A stretch of 64,000 bases of DNA from Eledone cirrhosa (taxonomy: Eukaryota): positions 52,390,001 to 52,454,000 of the forward strand of contig OZ024744.1 of assembly GCA_964016885.1 (NCBI GenBank), given 5' to 3'. Below, in pieces: positions 1 to 13,768 of this stretch. Below the pieces are notes generated by a model. That model had not been told where the DNA came from. It worked only from the letters and a program-made list of their open reading frames with translations, and did not search any database. The position numbers were made by a program, and so were the translations under genes. The first letter of the stretch is position 1; each line of letters starts with the position of its first letter.

Positions 1-997
1 GAGAGCACGCACCCTAGATCTGACAACGCAGCATTCGTGCTTTGCATTGAAGAATTGTTCAAGGGCCAATTTCGCCGCAAGTACGTCGGTCGCGATGCCT
101 TTGCTAAGCGCCTCGTCTAATTTTCTAACTAGTTCTCCCTCTGCGCTATTTTTCTCTATTGCTAAAGCCTTACTTATCCTAATGGACTCTATTCTAATCC
201 CTCTTTTTAAAGCAAACCACCACTTGTTGACGATGGCCTCCGTTAACGCCACTTAACTAGTTCGCTAATCCGGTCTCTGTAGGCCTTGCGCGCTGGTAAG
301 GACGCGTTTAGCTTCCAGTAGCCGGGTCCTCGTCTATGAAGCCTATCTAAGTCAAGCATACAGGTCACGAATTTGTGGTCCGTGTAGCTGACTATCTTGA
401 ATTGTGGACAGCCTATGCTAGACCTATCTATTTCCCTACAAAATACTCTATCTAGATATGATCTGGATGACCCTATGCGGTTTGTCCAAGTCCACATTGG
501 CACATTCGGGAAATCCAATCGGTACCTGTCAGACAGTTCAAAACGCCTGAGCAAGTTGGTGAGGCTCTTGCACCCTCCTCCCCTATCCGCTAATCGCACA
601 CAGTCCCAGTGTGCATCTAAGATCCCGTTCCAGTCGCCCACTAACACTAAATAGCGGGACGTTCCAAGAAAGGTCTCCAGACGCCGGAAGAAATCAGGCC
701 GCCCTGCTCCTTTCGGGGCATAACGGCCACTAGCCTGAAAGCTTTCCCGTCTCTGCTGGTCACGTCCAGCACCACCAACTCACCTTCTGGGTCCAGGAAG
801 ATGGCCCGTATGGCGAGACCCAAACCTCTCTGAAAAAGCACATCAACTCCACCCCCCAATCCGTGCCTGTAGAGTTTATCCCGAACCGGTAGTGCCCCCC
901 GGTTGCACTGCCAAGCGACGGATTTTTGGAAATTGTCCATCGTCCCCGGATCGAAAGTCCTCCGGTACAGACTGGTCACTTCGACTTCGTCTCGACG
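1..997 (-). mobile_element. Tx1/L1-like LINE fragment (APE endonuclease region), chimeric at its 5' end
   Basis: Minus ORFs give LVGDWNGILD, SYLDRVFC, TDHKFV and GPGYWKLN (APE motifs), near-identical to 55880-56740. The segment 860-997 instead encodes the post-RT motif AWQCNRGALPVRDKLYRHG. It abuts (AAT)n at 998-1033. Confidence 0.9.
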
Positions 998-1001
998 AAT
1001 G

Positions 1002-1035
<34 letters not shown>

Positions 1036-1319
1036 TTTCTTTATTGGCCACAAGGGCAGACATCAAGAAAAACATTACAGACGGCACAGGACGGTACGAT
1101 GTGGGTTTTGTGCGTGTAAATATTTTTATTATTTATATAAGAAAGAAAAGAAAAAAAAAAGGACATAAAACATAGATATATAAACAATAAAAATGAAAAT
1201 TGAAACAATGAAAAATTCCCCAATAGGGGGAAACCTCCGAGGGTTACTCGTGGCGAAAACCACACAAAAGACCACGGCCACCCTGACCACCACGGCAAGC
1301 GCCCTCTCTCAATTTTTCC

Positions 1320-4300
1320 ATCTCTCAATCTACAGGCCTATATTCAGAGTGGTCCCGTTCACTCGGACCATTCCGCTACATTCACCCACCTTTCAACAAA
1401 TTTGTTAGAAAGCAGCACTTGCCTCTCCACCCTGATTTTCCTCTTCAAGTGAAACTTGAAAAAGTTAATTAGGGATTCGCTGAAGAGGAAAGTGTCTGTC
1501 TTTAACCCTTTTAACCTTGTCCACCACACAATCTCTTTCGCCATGGCCACCAGGCAGATGAAATCCGCCTGCCCTTTCTCCTCGAAGGAAGACGGCGAGA
1601 CCAACAGCACAATGGACTCAGTCGACAACCGGATGAGTCCCACACGCGACAGCAACTGTTCGACCTAGCACCACAAGTCAGCAATGCTCGGGCACTGAAC
1701 GAGTGCGTGCACAACGGTTTCGTCGCTCTGCGCGCATCTCGGACAGGCTCGGCTGACGGCACTTCCGTGCCTGTAGAGCTTATCTCGAACCGGCTGCGCT
1801 CCCCGGTAGCACTGCCAGGCCAGGGATTTTTGGAGACATCCCAGTTTCCAAACGCTATCCCTCGGTCTTTTTCTGACCCGGGACTGCAGCTCCGTCAAGG
1901 AGACGAGCTGTGGGAAAACGTGCCTGGCGAACGGCGACCACACCCGTTCACCATCAAGGAAGCACCAGAGATGTCGCAGCCTCAGCGCATGTTTGCGCAT
2001 CATCAGCCATGGCATGCCCAGTCCTCCAAACAACGGGTGTTGACAGCAGATGGATCGTCTGACCATGGGAGCGCGTCCCTACCACAAAAAGCGGAAGGGG
2101 AGGCGCTCCATTTTGGTGAGAGTTGGGCCGGGGCAAGGGACGACGGTGAGGCGGTAGCAGATGACGGATGCGATGCCCGGCCTTTCAGGGACAGCTTCCC
2201 ATCAGCCCATTTCTGGGTGAGGGAGTCGACCCTGCTTGTCACCTCGTTCCAGTTTTTCTCCATCTGGAGGTCCGGTCCTAACAAGACCCCGAGCAATTTA
2301 ACCGGTCCGTCCGACTTTTCCTGGTTTATCTTTGTTCCTGTCACGGCTTCGTATTCCTTGAGAGCGGTGCCGAGCATCTGGACGTGTCTGGTGGTCGATA
2401 CCACCACGTTGACGTCGTCAACGTAAGCCGACTCGGATTTCCCGCATCCTAGTTCGCGTGGGACGCCCCCTCATCCTCCCCAGTTTGTGCAGTAACGGCT
2501 CGAGAGGCAATACGTACAAGAGGGATGAGAAGGGACAACCCTGGCGGACTGAGCGCATGATGCTGAACGGCTGCGACAGGTGACCGTTCACCCTCACAAC
2601 TGAGCAGATGTCGCTGTACATTACTGCGATCCAACCTCTGAAAACGGGCCTGAAACCGGCTGCCTCGAGGACCGCCGCCAGATACCGATGGTCGACCCTA
2701 TCGAATGCTTTGGATTGATCCAAGTTGATCAGGGCCCCACCCTTGCCAGGTTCCTTAACCACCCTCTCTATAACGTATCGCATGAGGTGGAGATTGTCGT
2801 GTATGGATCTGTCCGGAATGGTGCATGTCTGCGTCTCTCCCACCAGACCCTTGACGACAAGCGCCAACCTCGTTGCTAACACCTTGGCCAAAATCTTGAA
2901 CTCTGCGTATAGCAGGGTTATGGGCCTGAAATTATCGATAACATCCCCCTTGTTCGGGTCTTTTCTCAGCAGCGCCACTGCTCCCCGGCTCACAAAACTG
3001 GGAATGCTCCCGTTCTGCTGCCAGTTGCAGTAGACGTCTGCCAAGAGGTCACCGAACAAGTCTGGAATAAATGCATAAAGCTCGTAGGGCAAACCATCTA
3101 AACCTGGCGATTTACCCCTTGTGCAGTTAGCCATCGCTTCCCGTATTTCACCGGCTGTTATTGGCTTTTCGCAACACTGTGCTGCGGTCGTCGAGAGCCG
3201 AGGCAGTCCGTCGAGGTATGCTCTGAAGTCCATGCCCCGATCCGGGCCTCCGCCGCTCACGAACAGTTCAGCAAAGTGTTGCTGAAAAGATTCACACATC
3301 GGCTCGGGTTTGGGCATCACGCACCCGTTTTGGTCAGACAAAGACCGAATTGTGGCTTTGTTACCACGTCGCGCCTCTGCCACCCGGACCCATTGGACGG
3401 CTTTTGTCCCCTCGTGTTTCAGAGCACGCGCTCTAGCTCTGACAACGTAGCCTTCGTGTTTTGCGTTGAAGAATTGGTCGAGTGCCAATCTCACCGCAAT
3501 CACGTCGGTTGCGATGCCTGTCCTAAACACCTCTTCTAGTTTTCTGACTAGCTCTCCCTCTACTCTATTTTCCTCTATGACTACTCCTTTGCTAAACCTA
3601 ATCGATTCTACTTTAATTTCCCTTTTCAGGGCGAACCACCACCTGTTCTTGACGACCGCTCCCGCAACGGGAAAGACGCGTTCAGCTTCCAGTAACCAGG
3701 CTCTTGTCTATGAAGCCTGTCTATGTCGATCTCACAGATCACAAATTTGTAGTCTGTGTAGTCGACTATTTTAAATTGCGAACAACTTATACTAACCTCA
3801 TCTAGTTCTCGGCAGAATACCCTATCGAGATATGATCTGGATAACCCGATGCGGTTTGTCCATGTCACATTGGCACATTCGGGTGATCCAGTCGATACCT
3901 GTCAGACAGTTCAAAACGTCTGAGCAGGTTGGTGAGGCTCTTGCACCCTCCTCGCATATCCACTAGCCCCACACGATCCCAGCGTGCATCCAAGATACCG
4001 TTCCAGTCGCCCACTAACACTAAAGAGCGGGACGTTCCAAGAAAGGTCTCTAGACGTCTGAAGAAATCTGGCCGTCCTGTCCCTGTTGGGGCGTAGACGG
4101 CTACTAGCCTGAAAGCATTGCCTTCGCTGCCGGTCACGTCCAGCACCACCGACTTACCTTCTGGGTCCAGGAAGATGGCCCGTATCGCGAGATCCAAGCC
4201 TCTCGGAAAAAAGACGGCAACCCCTCCCCCCGATCCTGGACAAATGGGAGATGCGTATACATCGTAGCCGCCGAAGATCGGTGCGAAGGCCCGTGCCTCG

Positions 4301-4428
4301 GAGATTCTGGTTTCACTGATGGCCACCACATCTATGTTTAGTGACCTGAGGTCATTGAGCAGGTGACCCTGCTTCCAAGATGACCCCAGGCCACGTGCAT
4401 ATATACTGCCTATTCTGAGTACAGCCAT
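1320..4428 (-). pseudogene. Tx1 ORF2 APE-RT polyprotein, disrupted
   Basis: ORF pieces 3865-4449, 3626-3868, 2418-3530, 2003-2407, 1665-2066 and 1359-1655 follow canonical domain order, separated by frameshifts and deletions. Confidence 0.9.
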
Positions 4429-4460
4429 GTTGGATGAGAAATGGGGCAAGTGAGAAAGGG

Positions 4461-6410
4461 TTACTTACCTTGTTCGTGTGGTGAAGGGACAGTAGAACCA
4501 TCCCTTTCGCTGGTCATGGGTGTTTCCAAAAGGATGTCAGTGTATATCCTCTTGGTAACCGTCCCTCTGAAGTCTCCAACTGCGTTGGGGAATTTTTGTT
4601 TTAAAGGTTTGTACTGTTCTATTGAGATTTCGATGATGCTTATGTTTGTCGGGAGAGTTCTTGGTGTTGGTGGGGTGTAGTAGTTTTTTTCTGTGATGTC
4701 TTTGTGCTGCTTTATATATTGTATGAGTTCTTTTTTTGCCATGTTTATGGCTGTGTACTTTTTGGGGGAGGGGTGATTTTGTTGCTGTTTTCTTCTTGTT
4801 GCTGTTTGGTGTGTGTGTCTTGTTGTTTTTGCGTTGTTGGTGTTTTTGGTGATGCTGGTAGTGGTGTTGTTGTTGTTGTTGTCAGTAGTTCTTGTGGTGG
4901 TGATGGTGGTGGTGTTGCTGCAAGTTTCCTTGCTGCCTTTACCCCTCTTTGTATGCCTTCGCTTTTGGAGGGTGAATCTAAGGGGTTATTTCTTTTTTGT
5001 TTTTTGTGGCAGACCGTCTGCCACTTCACTCCCGCCTCAAACTCCATGTCGGATTCTGTGGCGTCTGGGAGGGGTATGTGCTCCACGGCTGTTGGTGGTT
5101 TTAGTGGAGCCCTCTTCGGCAATGTTGTTGCTGGTGTAGCTATTTCAAATGTAGCTATTGGTGTTGCCGCCACTGATGATGCTGCTTAATTGTCCGTGGC
5201 CTTGGTACGGGTGCTACGGCCGTTACCCTCCTACTCACCGTGGAAGGGGCTTCTTCGTTTGTTGCTTGCTCTGCTCTTGGTAGCAGCGGACCAGGTATTG
5301 GAAGGAGAGAGGCCTTCTTCGCTGTCTTCTGCGGGCAAAAGTCCCTGAGGTGACCCTTCGACCCACAGAGATAACATTTTGGCCGTCTTCCTTCTACACT
5401 TATAGGGAGTTGGAGTCCTTCCTCAAAGTCTATGATATCGGGGATAGCCTCGATACATTCCTGGTCAGTTTGTATAAGCATTTGCATGCCTATACCTGAC
5501 CAGTTCTCTCTCCCTATTTTTTTCTACTTGCAGCATGGTCGCCCTGTTCTCGATTCCAGCAAGGATACACGCGGCCAGCCAGGTATGGGCACGTCGAGTG
5601 GGACCTGGGTCACTTTAACCCTCACAATTTTCTTCCCGCAGTAGGAGGGCACCAAGACTATCTCCTCACTCTTTAGGGTTTCCAAAGAGTGAGACTTTGC
5701 TTCCTGGGGGTGGCGAAAATTACGTCTACTGTGGCGTACTTTCTGCCTCGGGTGATGTGGTTTTTGCGTGCCCAGACGCACCCCAAGGCCTTTAGGATTT
5801 GAGGATCCGTGGCTCTCTCCACTCGATGTGAGATTTTGCTTACGGTGCGGTAAGTCACCGTTCGTAGCTGCTGGTCCTTGAAAAAATCGGGTGGAGGTTT
5901 CAGGGAGACTCTATTGGCGCTTCTTGTCACCATGGCCCTTGCGACTGCCATCTCCTCCTCTGTGACTAACACTGTCTCGATATTTCGGGCGACACCTGCA
6001 AAAGAAGTGGTCCCTTTTTCAGCAGCACCACTATTGCTGCCGCTACTGGTCTTACTGGTGGTGCTGAGATCGCTATTACAGGTATCGGTGTCATTGTTGT
6101 TGTTTTCGTTGGTACAGTTGTTGGTGTTGTTGTTGTTGTTTTCGTTGATACTGTTGCTGTTGTTACTGTTATTGTGGCTGTTGTTATTATTGTTATTTTT
6201 GTTGATACTGTTCCTACTATTATTGTTGTTGTGGCTGTTGTTATTGTCATTGTTATTGTCGTTCTCGACCTTACCGCTGTTATTTTTGTTGTTGCTGTTG
6301 TTTGAAGAAGAAGAAGAAGAAGAAGAAGAAGAAGAAGAAGAAGAAGAAGAAGAAGAAGAAGAAGAAGAAGAAGAAGAAGAAGAAGAAGAAGAAGAAGAAG
6401 AAATTCCCAA
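4461..6410 (-). pseudogene. Tx1 ORF1 (gag-like, one CCHC knuckle, N/S/T-rich linkers), fragmented
   Basis: Colinear ORF pieces 5673-6410, 5155-5487, 4745-5173 and 4461-4742 are homologous to 57000-59045. Confidence 0.8.
6304..6402. repeat. (GAA)n microsatellite inside the Tx1 ORF1 5' region
   Basis: Direct reading. Confidence 0.97.
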
Positions 6411-6609
6411 GAGAAACCGAAATTATCAAAATGGAATGATAAAATTAAGAGAGAGACCAATAGTTTACATGGATATTTGTCTCGTCTTGGTAAAATAGAA
6501 AATGGGAAGAATGTAAAAATGTCAAAAATATTGGGTCGTCACGTATGAAATTTGTAAAAATTTCTTTTTCTTCCTCAAATGTCTACAAATTTCGTATTTG
6601 ACGACACAA

Positions 6610-7220
6610 TAGAAAGCGGAACCTCAAAAGTTGATTTATACTGTATCAATAGCAAATAAAATATTGGTACAAAAGATACCAGTGTACGTTTTCAGGGAGA
6701 CTCAATTTGTCCACTAATTCACTGGAACAGTTAAGATGGGTATACAATATAAGATGGCAATTTGTAACATTGGACATTATGAAAACCTTTCGCCATAGCT
6801 AACTAACAGGAGTATTTTTCTGATTGGCTTTCTAAATGAAGGTGTCGGTTCAATTTTCGCTACAGCTGCATCTGACAGCCGGATCTGTCCTGTACATATT
6901 ACCAGTTGTTTGCAATTGCACGGGAGGTGGGTGAGAGCATGCAGAATAATTTCGTCACCCTGCCTGCACCTCGGACATTTAGAGTTTATCTCACATTGGT
7001 TGAGCCACTCTGTAGGTTTGTCATGCCAAGGACTTTGGGAAACTTCCATAGACCCCGACCTGAAGTTCTCCCAAATAGCCTGTTCAGATAGTCCTCGTCA
7101 AAACCCAGGACACCGTCGCTTACGACTTCCACTAAGCCTGTATAAGAAATCAAAAATTGTTTTCTGGCTGCCTTTAGCGTTGTTTACTGGAGCATCTAGC
7201 ACCCCTCTAGATGCCAGGTG
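6610..7220 (-). mobile_element. Old, diverged Tx1-like 3' fragment
   Basis: KCPRCRQGDEIILHAL and GQIRLS resemble the Tx1 ORF2 C-terminus of copies A and B. Confidence 0.6.
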
Positions 7221-9015
7221 ACGGACTTTGCTCTGCACTTAACCGAGAAATGTAGTTCGGGGAAAGATATGATCTGCGCAAAAATATGTTGCACCAAGGC
7301 GGCCACAATGTTTCGGCTTCGCTTTCGTTGTCATCACCAGGACGTGAGGTAATTCTGTAGGTACATTAGCCGTTACGCATGTTTGCATATCATTAGTGAT
7401 GGAATCCCATGGTCACAATCGAGCGGATGTTGGTAAATAGACAGAAGACACAAAAACAGATAATGACTACATTTAGAATACACTATCATGTGTACCTATA
7501 TCGAACACATGGAGGTAGGGGCCTTATACAACAAGAAAACTATAACTTTACAGTGGTTATAAAATAACCACTGTATGACTATAACAATATCTAATAAAGA
7601 ATAATGACTATTGAATGAGTCGATAGCATGATTGTGGGCTAGAAGATGCAGGATGTGTTTATGTTAATTAACAGTTATATGGGATCTCTTCGTAAATTTT
7701 GAAAAACACGCTGATATCCAGATCACCTGGAAAAGGCTGGTGGGAAGTTTCCAGCGTTCTACTGTTCTTTGATCTGAGCTCATATATTTCTTATCTCTTT
7801 CTTTCCTTTCCTGTCTCCGACAGTTTCTTACGTTTCTCCACTTTCCATCTTCTAATTATAGAAATATAATGATGGGATGAAACGGCTGTGCAGAGCCTCT
7901 AACAAGTCATATGATAGGATACGAGATCCCTCGGTTTTTCGGAGTTTTATCTCGTCGTAATTGGGGATACTGATAATGCTGTGATTCCATTTGTCTTTAC
8001 TTCAACTCGGCCGATTTTGGGGATCAGTGGTGATGTAAGAACCGAAACAGCAGCAGCAGTAGCAATAGTAGCAGCATTTATGATAATTACTGCGTTTTTC
8101 TATTTTTCTTTCCTCCTTTCTTAGCCATTTGTAGAATACGTTTAACTAGCTCTTACTTTTAAAAAATTTGGTTCCAGACCTTCTACTCTAAATCTCAATT
8201 TTGATTGATGTTCTTTCCTGTACCACATTCGGATATAACACCTAGATGGGTCAATAAACTTCATCTACTACATGTTATTAAACGTCTCATCTTTGCTCAC
8301 GTTATGTCTATTCTCTTCACCAACGGTGAATTCTATAAATCAAAGTTTCACGTCGTTATCTATGTCTGTGTCCCTGGTTCTTGTGCTTTTATTGACCATA
8401 TATTGCGACAACACGCTGTGGACAGATATGTAATGCAGGAGCCTTGCTCGCCTTCCCGCCACATTCATGGTCTTAAATAACATACGATTGCTATCAATAA
8501 AAATATCCCGCAATACGCTGATCATACGTTCCACAAATGCATATGAGAATTTCTATTTTTAAACAAATGACAAAAAATGGAGATATTTCTCTTTCTTTTC
8601 TTAAATTTTCTTGGGCACATTCTTCGAACAAACAGATATCCTCTGTTCTTAAATATTTCTTCACACCTTTGTTTTGTCTGTAGTTTAAACCATTTCTGAT
8701 ATCTCATTTTGGTTTGCAAGACTAGAACAATATATTTGTTGTTGGTGGTTTTGTTATTGTTATTTTAATTTGTATTTTTGACACTTCTTTTGTTCTTTTC
8801 AGGTTATAACAATTTCAGCTTACAGCTGTTTCTATATGCCATTTTCCCTATTTTTCTAGATTTTAAATAAAACTCACTGTACTTTAAATTGTTCTTTTTT
8901 TGTGGGGTGTATATACTGTTACTGTGGCTGTCACCTGCTCTTCCTACTTCAGAAACTTTCTTACTGAATAACGTAAAGACAAATACAATATCATTGAGGT
9001 TTTCAGATCTCTCTC

Positions 9016-9078
<63 letters not shown>

Positions 9079-9384
9079 ATATATATATATCCGTTATCAC
9101 ACACGCGCTTATACAATCACCCCTAGATTCCTATGGTTCTCTTATGGTCAGAAACATATTCTCTTACCGCTAATACAAACCGACAAAATACGCGTGCTCC
9201 ACTTTTCCCTTCACAGCTCCGTATACACACACACACACACCCTTATATTAACATACTTTTGCCCATAGCTTCGTAATTACATGCACACACACAGTCTTTT
9301 ACTTACATATACACACACATCTCCTCTTAACTTCGTACCGACTTACAATAACACACACACGCGCGCGTGCATATGCACGTTCAC

Positions 9385-9700
9385 AAGTATAGCTCTTTTT
9401 ACAAAACGTGTTTTTTCCCATTTCAGGTAGACTCGCTCCATCATTCACTTTTCTAAAAAAACAAATCATACACAAAACGCCAGCACCAACAGTTTTCCAA
9501 GAGATGTCAACATGAATGGACCTGTTATTTTTATCTAAAGACATTTTTCCAGTTCCTTGAATTTATCTAATTTCTCATTCTTTCGTCTGATAAAGGACTA
9601 GCGTCCGAAACGCTAAGAAACCTGTTCCTGCTATATAAAGCGTTAACCTAATATAATCCTTCCATATACTGGACCGATTGTGTTGTTATTTCTGTTTATC
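9385..9700 (+). mobile_element. Non-coding 3' module of a Neptune-type PLE with a mutated HHR
   Basis: Reverse complement of 44830-45150. It contains ctgataa-aggac-tagc-gtcc-gaaacgct (9587-9614), with core substitutions relative to the copy at 16721-16756. Confidence 0.8.
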
Positions 9701-9733
9701 TTTTACACACACACACACACACGCACGCACATA

Positions 9734-9839
<106 letters not shown>

Positions 9840-10671
9840 GTATGTATTAAAATGGACTAGGACGAATTATCTTTTCAAAGCCGAAATTCTTTATGGGTAA
9901 AAGTAAAGCAATTTTTTTTCATCCAGTAACTCTTCTTAATAGAGTCGAATAAGTATGTATGGCGGTGAGAAACATTGACTGTTGTAAAAACATTAACTTC
10001 AAGGAGAAGAAGAAGAAGAAGAAGAAGAAGATATGATAGGGATTAAATAGTAATGGTAATGGTAATATTGATGATGATGCAGAAGATGATATGATAGTGA
10101 TAATAATGAAAGAATATGTATTCATGAGACATAATTTATTTTTACAAAAATATTTAATTTTGCTCTGGAAATTGCTGGTCACAAAACAAAAAAGAAATGC
10201 TTTTTCTGGTGGAATGAAACAAAATTATATTTTTGTAAGCATAAATTTTATTTCTCATGCACACGTTCACACATTATTTCTTATTATACCGATGATAAGG
10301 ATGAAATAGTGTAGATAAAATTTATAAATGATAAATATACTAGTTCACACACACAGATAGCCAAAAACGACAAGAAAAAAAAAAAACTATTATAAACAAC
10401 CACATCGAAAAACGACAGGAACAATGATGCTGAAGACAACAGCAACGACAACAACAAGGACAGCACCAACAACACCACCACAACCACCAACAACAACAGC
10501 AAGAGCAGATTACCAGTGAAAGTAGAAACGATAAATCCTTTATGATATCTGTAATAAAAACCATGTTATATATATATTTTTCATTTAAATGTGGAGAGAA
10601 AGAACTGCACGCTTTACACGCCCCCACACAAACAGACACATATGCACAGCCATCTATCTATATATATGTGT

Positions 10672-10800
10672 GTGAAGGCGTATATGCTGATTGGTTAGAG
10701 AACTGGATTCGCAATCGTGAGGTTGTCAGTTCGATTCCTGGACCAGGCGATGCGTTATGTTCTTGAGCAAGACACTTTATTTCACATTGCTCCTTCTACC
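10672..10800 (+). mobile_element. tRNA-derived SINE head with CORE-like segment
   Basis: A-box-like gattggttag and B-box gttcgattcc, followed by gttcttgagcaagacactttatttcacattgctcc. Related decayed copies lie at ~14270-14400(+), 16860-17052(-), 20920-21045(+) and 61365-61462(-). Confidence 0.75.
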
Positions 10801-10919
10801 TGGAGTTGCGACCGATAGACAGTATTAGCAATTGGAAAGACCAACGGAAACATCGTTTCCTCGGTCCTATTTGACGAAAGTCGACAGACTCTTATTATTA
10901 TATATGTATGAGTGTCACA

Positions 10920-11110
10920 AGATTTTCCGGGCAAAAAAAATCTATAACTGGCAGGAGACCCAGAGGGTGACCTCCAAGCAAGATGGTTGATAACATCCAG
11001 AAGTTCAGCTGTATCAATTGGAATCGGTTGCTTCTGACTGTACCCGCTGGAAGGAGTACTTGAGGACTTTGTCCCCACGCTTCTCCCAGGAATAAGTGGG
11101 CGAAGAAGTT
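10920..11110 (+). mobile_element. RTE (Expander/Rex3-like) LINE 3' end fragment
   Basis: Manual translation gives GRRPRG*PP..DNIQK and VASDCTRWKEYLRTLSPR, typical of the RTE C-terminus. Confidence 0.6.
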
Positions 11111-11630
11111 AAGAGAAGAATGTGTGAGTGTATGCATGAGAAATATAATTCATGCTTACAAAAATGTAATTTTATTTCGTTCCACCAGAAAAAACATCTT
11201 TTTTGTTTTGTGACCAGCAATTTCCTGAGCAAAATTTTAAAATATTTTTGTAAAAATATATTATATCTCTCTTTATTATTTTGCATTTCTTTGCTTGTGG
11301 AAGACCTTAATTCATAACGACTTGATTATTCTGCATTATATCTAGTTTAGTATTCGATCGAATACAGGCAACATGTCTATACGTGTATATAAATGCGTAT
11401 TGGTGTGCGTAGATGTGTTAGAGTTTGTGTGTGAGTGTGTTTTTGTGCGTGAATGTGTTTATGTGTTAGTGTGTGTGAATGTGTATTGGTTCCTTTGTTA
11501 TTTATTAGTCGAGAAGTTTCTATGAACCTTCTCTATTTCTCACCTTCTCTCTTTTTTCTGCCCCACTTTCTCTCTCTCTCTCACGCATACAATCACACAC
11601 ATACTCATGGCACACACACACACACTCACT

Positions 11631-11678
<48 letters not shown>

Positions 11679-12276
11679 GTGTATGTAAAAGAGAATCATC
11701 CGATTTAAAAATGTTCAACATGTAAATAACATTATAAAAATATATAAAAGTTATTTAAAAAAACAAGGTTACATTCAGACATGTATCATACAAGTCATCG
11801 CATGATTATAGAGTCATTTGTTTAAAATATATAGTCTTTTGGAATACACCCTTTTGACACCTCCTGTGTATACAAAAACAAAAATTATATACAGTGTGGG
11901 TTTGTTGGCGATATTCACAGTCCAATTTTTACAAATTGTCTATATATTCTGTAGAAAGAGTTTTCAAAATCGAATTAATTGGCAGTCTGAAAGAATGAAT
12001 TCTTTGCGTATTTTGTAGGGAATTTCATTGTTGAGATGTGTTGGTGGTACATATCGTCATGCGTGTGATGAAGTGAGTTTACAGTGGAGAATGTGATAAA
12101 GAAATTAAAGAATTGAAACACCAACCAGGAAACAAAGCTGCCAAATTAGATGTTTTATTTCTCCCATGGAATGGAACGATACCTCGTGGCAAACAATAAT
12201 AAAACAGAAATAATGTACAAGTTTGAACTAACATAGAATAGTTGTAAACATGAAAGAAAATATTTTGTCGCGATGA

Positions 12277-12379
12277 ATTTAGATATGATGGTAGATTGAA
12301 TGGGTGTCTACTGATAGTATGTTTATATTTAGATATGATGGTAGATTGAATGGGTGTCTACTGATAGTATGTTTATATT
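12277..12379. repeat. Perfect 50 bp tandem duplication
   Basis: tttagatatgatggtagattgaatgggtgtctactgatagtatgtttata occurs twice. Confidence 0.95.
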
Positions 12380-12786
12380 AGGTGGTAAAGTGAAAGACAG
12401 GATGAATGCATGAATGTGGAGATGTGGCTTGAGAAAAGATATCGCCTTGATGTCTGGCAGAGTTCCTAACCTGGGTGTCATGGCTTGTTGGTGTCACTGC
12501 AGACTACTTCAGTGACTGCCACGGCCAAATTCCTTTGTCCCGTGTCTGTGAGGGAACAGAGCGGCCGCAGAGTGAAGCTACTGAAAACGGAGCTTAGCTT
12601 AAATGCTTCTATATTTCATCATAACTGTTTTTGGATATGAAATTATAGTTATTTTAGCATGTTTCCTAGCTGCAAATTTACCCTCTCATAATTTCACTAC
12701 ACGTTTATTATTCAGGATCGATCGGGTCATTCCAGATTCATCAACATGTGCTAATTTTGAGCTAAGATGATGACAATAAATTTCTA

Positions 12787-13054
<268 letters not shown>

Positions 13055-13543
13055 TAGAAATTATCCTTTAGCATGTACATATTAGGACAGTTAGAACACA
13101 AATATACAGTATAGTAAATTCGAACCCGAGACAGCGTATTTCCTAAACTGGCGTCTTTCCAGCCGACAAGAAATACAATGGCATAAAATATAGCATTCTT
13201 GAAATATTCTCCAAGATGTTCTTATCCTTCAACGTATCGCACAATGGAAATTCAACGTCTTAAGTTATATTCACATCTTCTAAAACACTGATTTTATTAC
13301 AATGCATGTTTGTATCCTAACACTTATACACATCTTTATACACTTTATTTTGTTTTACATGGTCTACCCGAATCGCTTTAGTTATTAAGATCGTATTTTT
13401 TCTATCTGTTTCCAAACTCCATGTAATTTTTATCTTTTGAAAGAGTATTTTCTCATTTTTAACAGAACAAAATTCTTGTTTTACCTTCTTTTGTGTGCAA
13501 GCTCAATCAACACTACTATAAAGACTACATTATTGTATCTTAC

Positions 13544-13726
13544 GGTGGATTGGCAGTATTGGTAGAGGGTCGGACACCATGCTTTGACGCATAGAGTTAC
13601 GGCCCTTGCCATTCTAAGTACAATTTCTGCAAAGGTTAACTTTTCCTTTCATCGTTACGGGGTCGATAAAATAAAGTACCAGTAATGCACTGGATAATTG
13701 CTGGCCTTGTGCCAAAAGTAGAAACA
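13544..13726 (+). mobile_element. SINE (~185 bp family) with 15 bp TSD
   Basis: TSD attattgtatcttac at 13529-13543 and 13727-13741. The central ctttcatc..cggggtcgataaaataaagtaccag resembles the Meta-SINE conserved domain. Confidence 0.88.
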
Positions 13727-13768
13727 ATTATTGTATCTTACAGTTAGGCATATTGGTAGAATTAACTC

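Larger units (their letters stand above)
1034..6600 (-). mobile_element. Near full-length Tx1/L1-like LINE, copy A (ORF1 + APE-RT ORF2, frameshifted)
   Basis: ORF1 zinc knuckle CYLCGSKGHLRDFC; APE (IGSIYARGL, VAISET, VYAP, GDWN, LDR); RT (KSPGLDGLP, NFRPITLL, LDQSKAFDRV, SVRQGCP); C-terminal CPRC..ETVVHAL..C. The 3' end runs into (ATT)n. The 5' limit is approximate. Confidence 0.93.
10130..11262. repeat. Diverged ~140 bp inverted repeat pair (10130-10275 / 11119-11262)
   Basis: tttacaaaaatattt...ggaaattgctggtcacaaaacaaaaa...tgtaagcat recurs as a reverse complement. Confidence 0.85.

Noticed and set aside
1707-2426. Antisense ORFs over LINEs (also 36638-37261, 50087-50605, 5878-6498)
   Set aside because: They are shadow frames opposite TE coding or repeat sequence, with no motifs.
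7295-7330. HHR on the - strand (gtgatga...gccgaaacattg)
   Set aside because: The core lacks the first C and stems I/II do not pair convincingly; at most a remnant.
8110-8720. CR1-like APE remnant (LSQYMVNKSTRTRD); similar weak LINE traces at 12040-12600
   Set aside because: Too degenerate to call without a profile search.
10672-10760. tRNA gene
   Set aside because: No complete cloverleaf, and it continues into a SINE body with multiple decayed copies.
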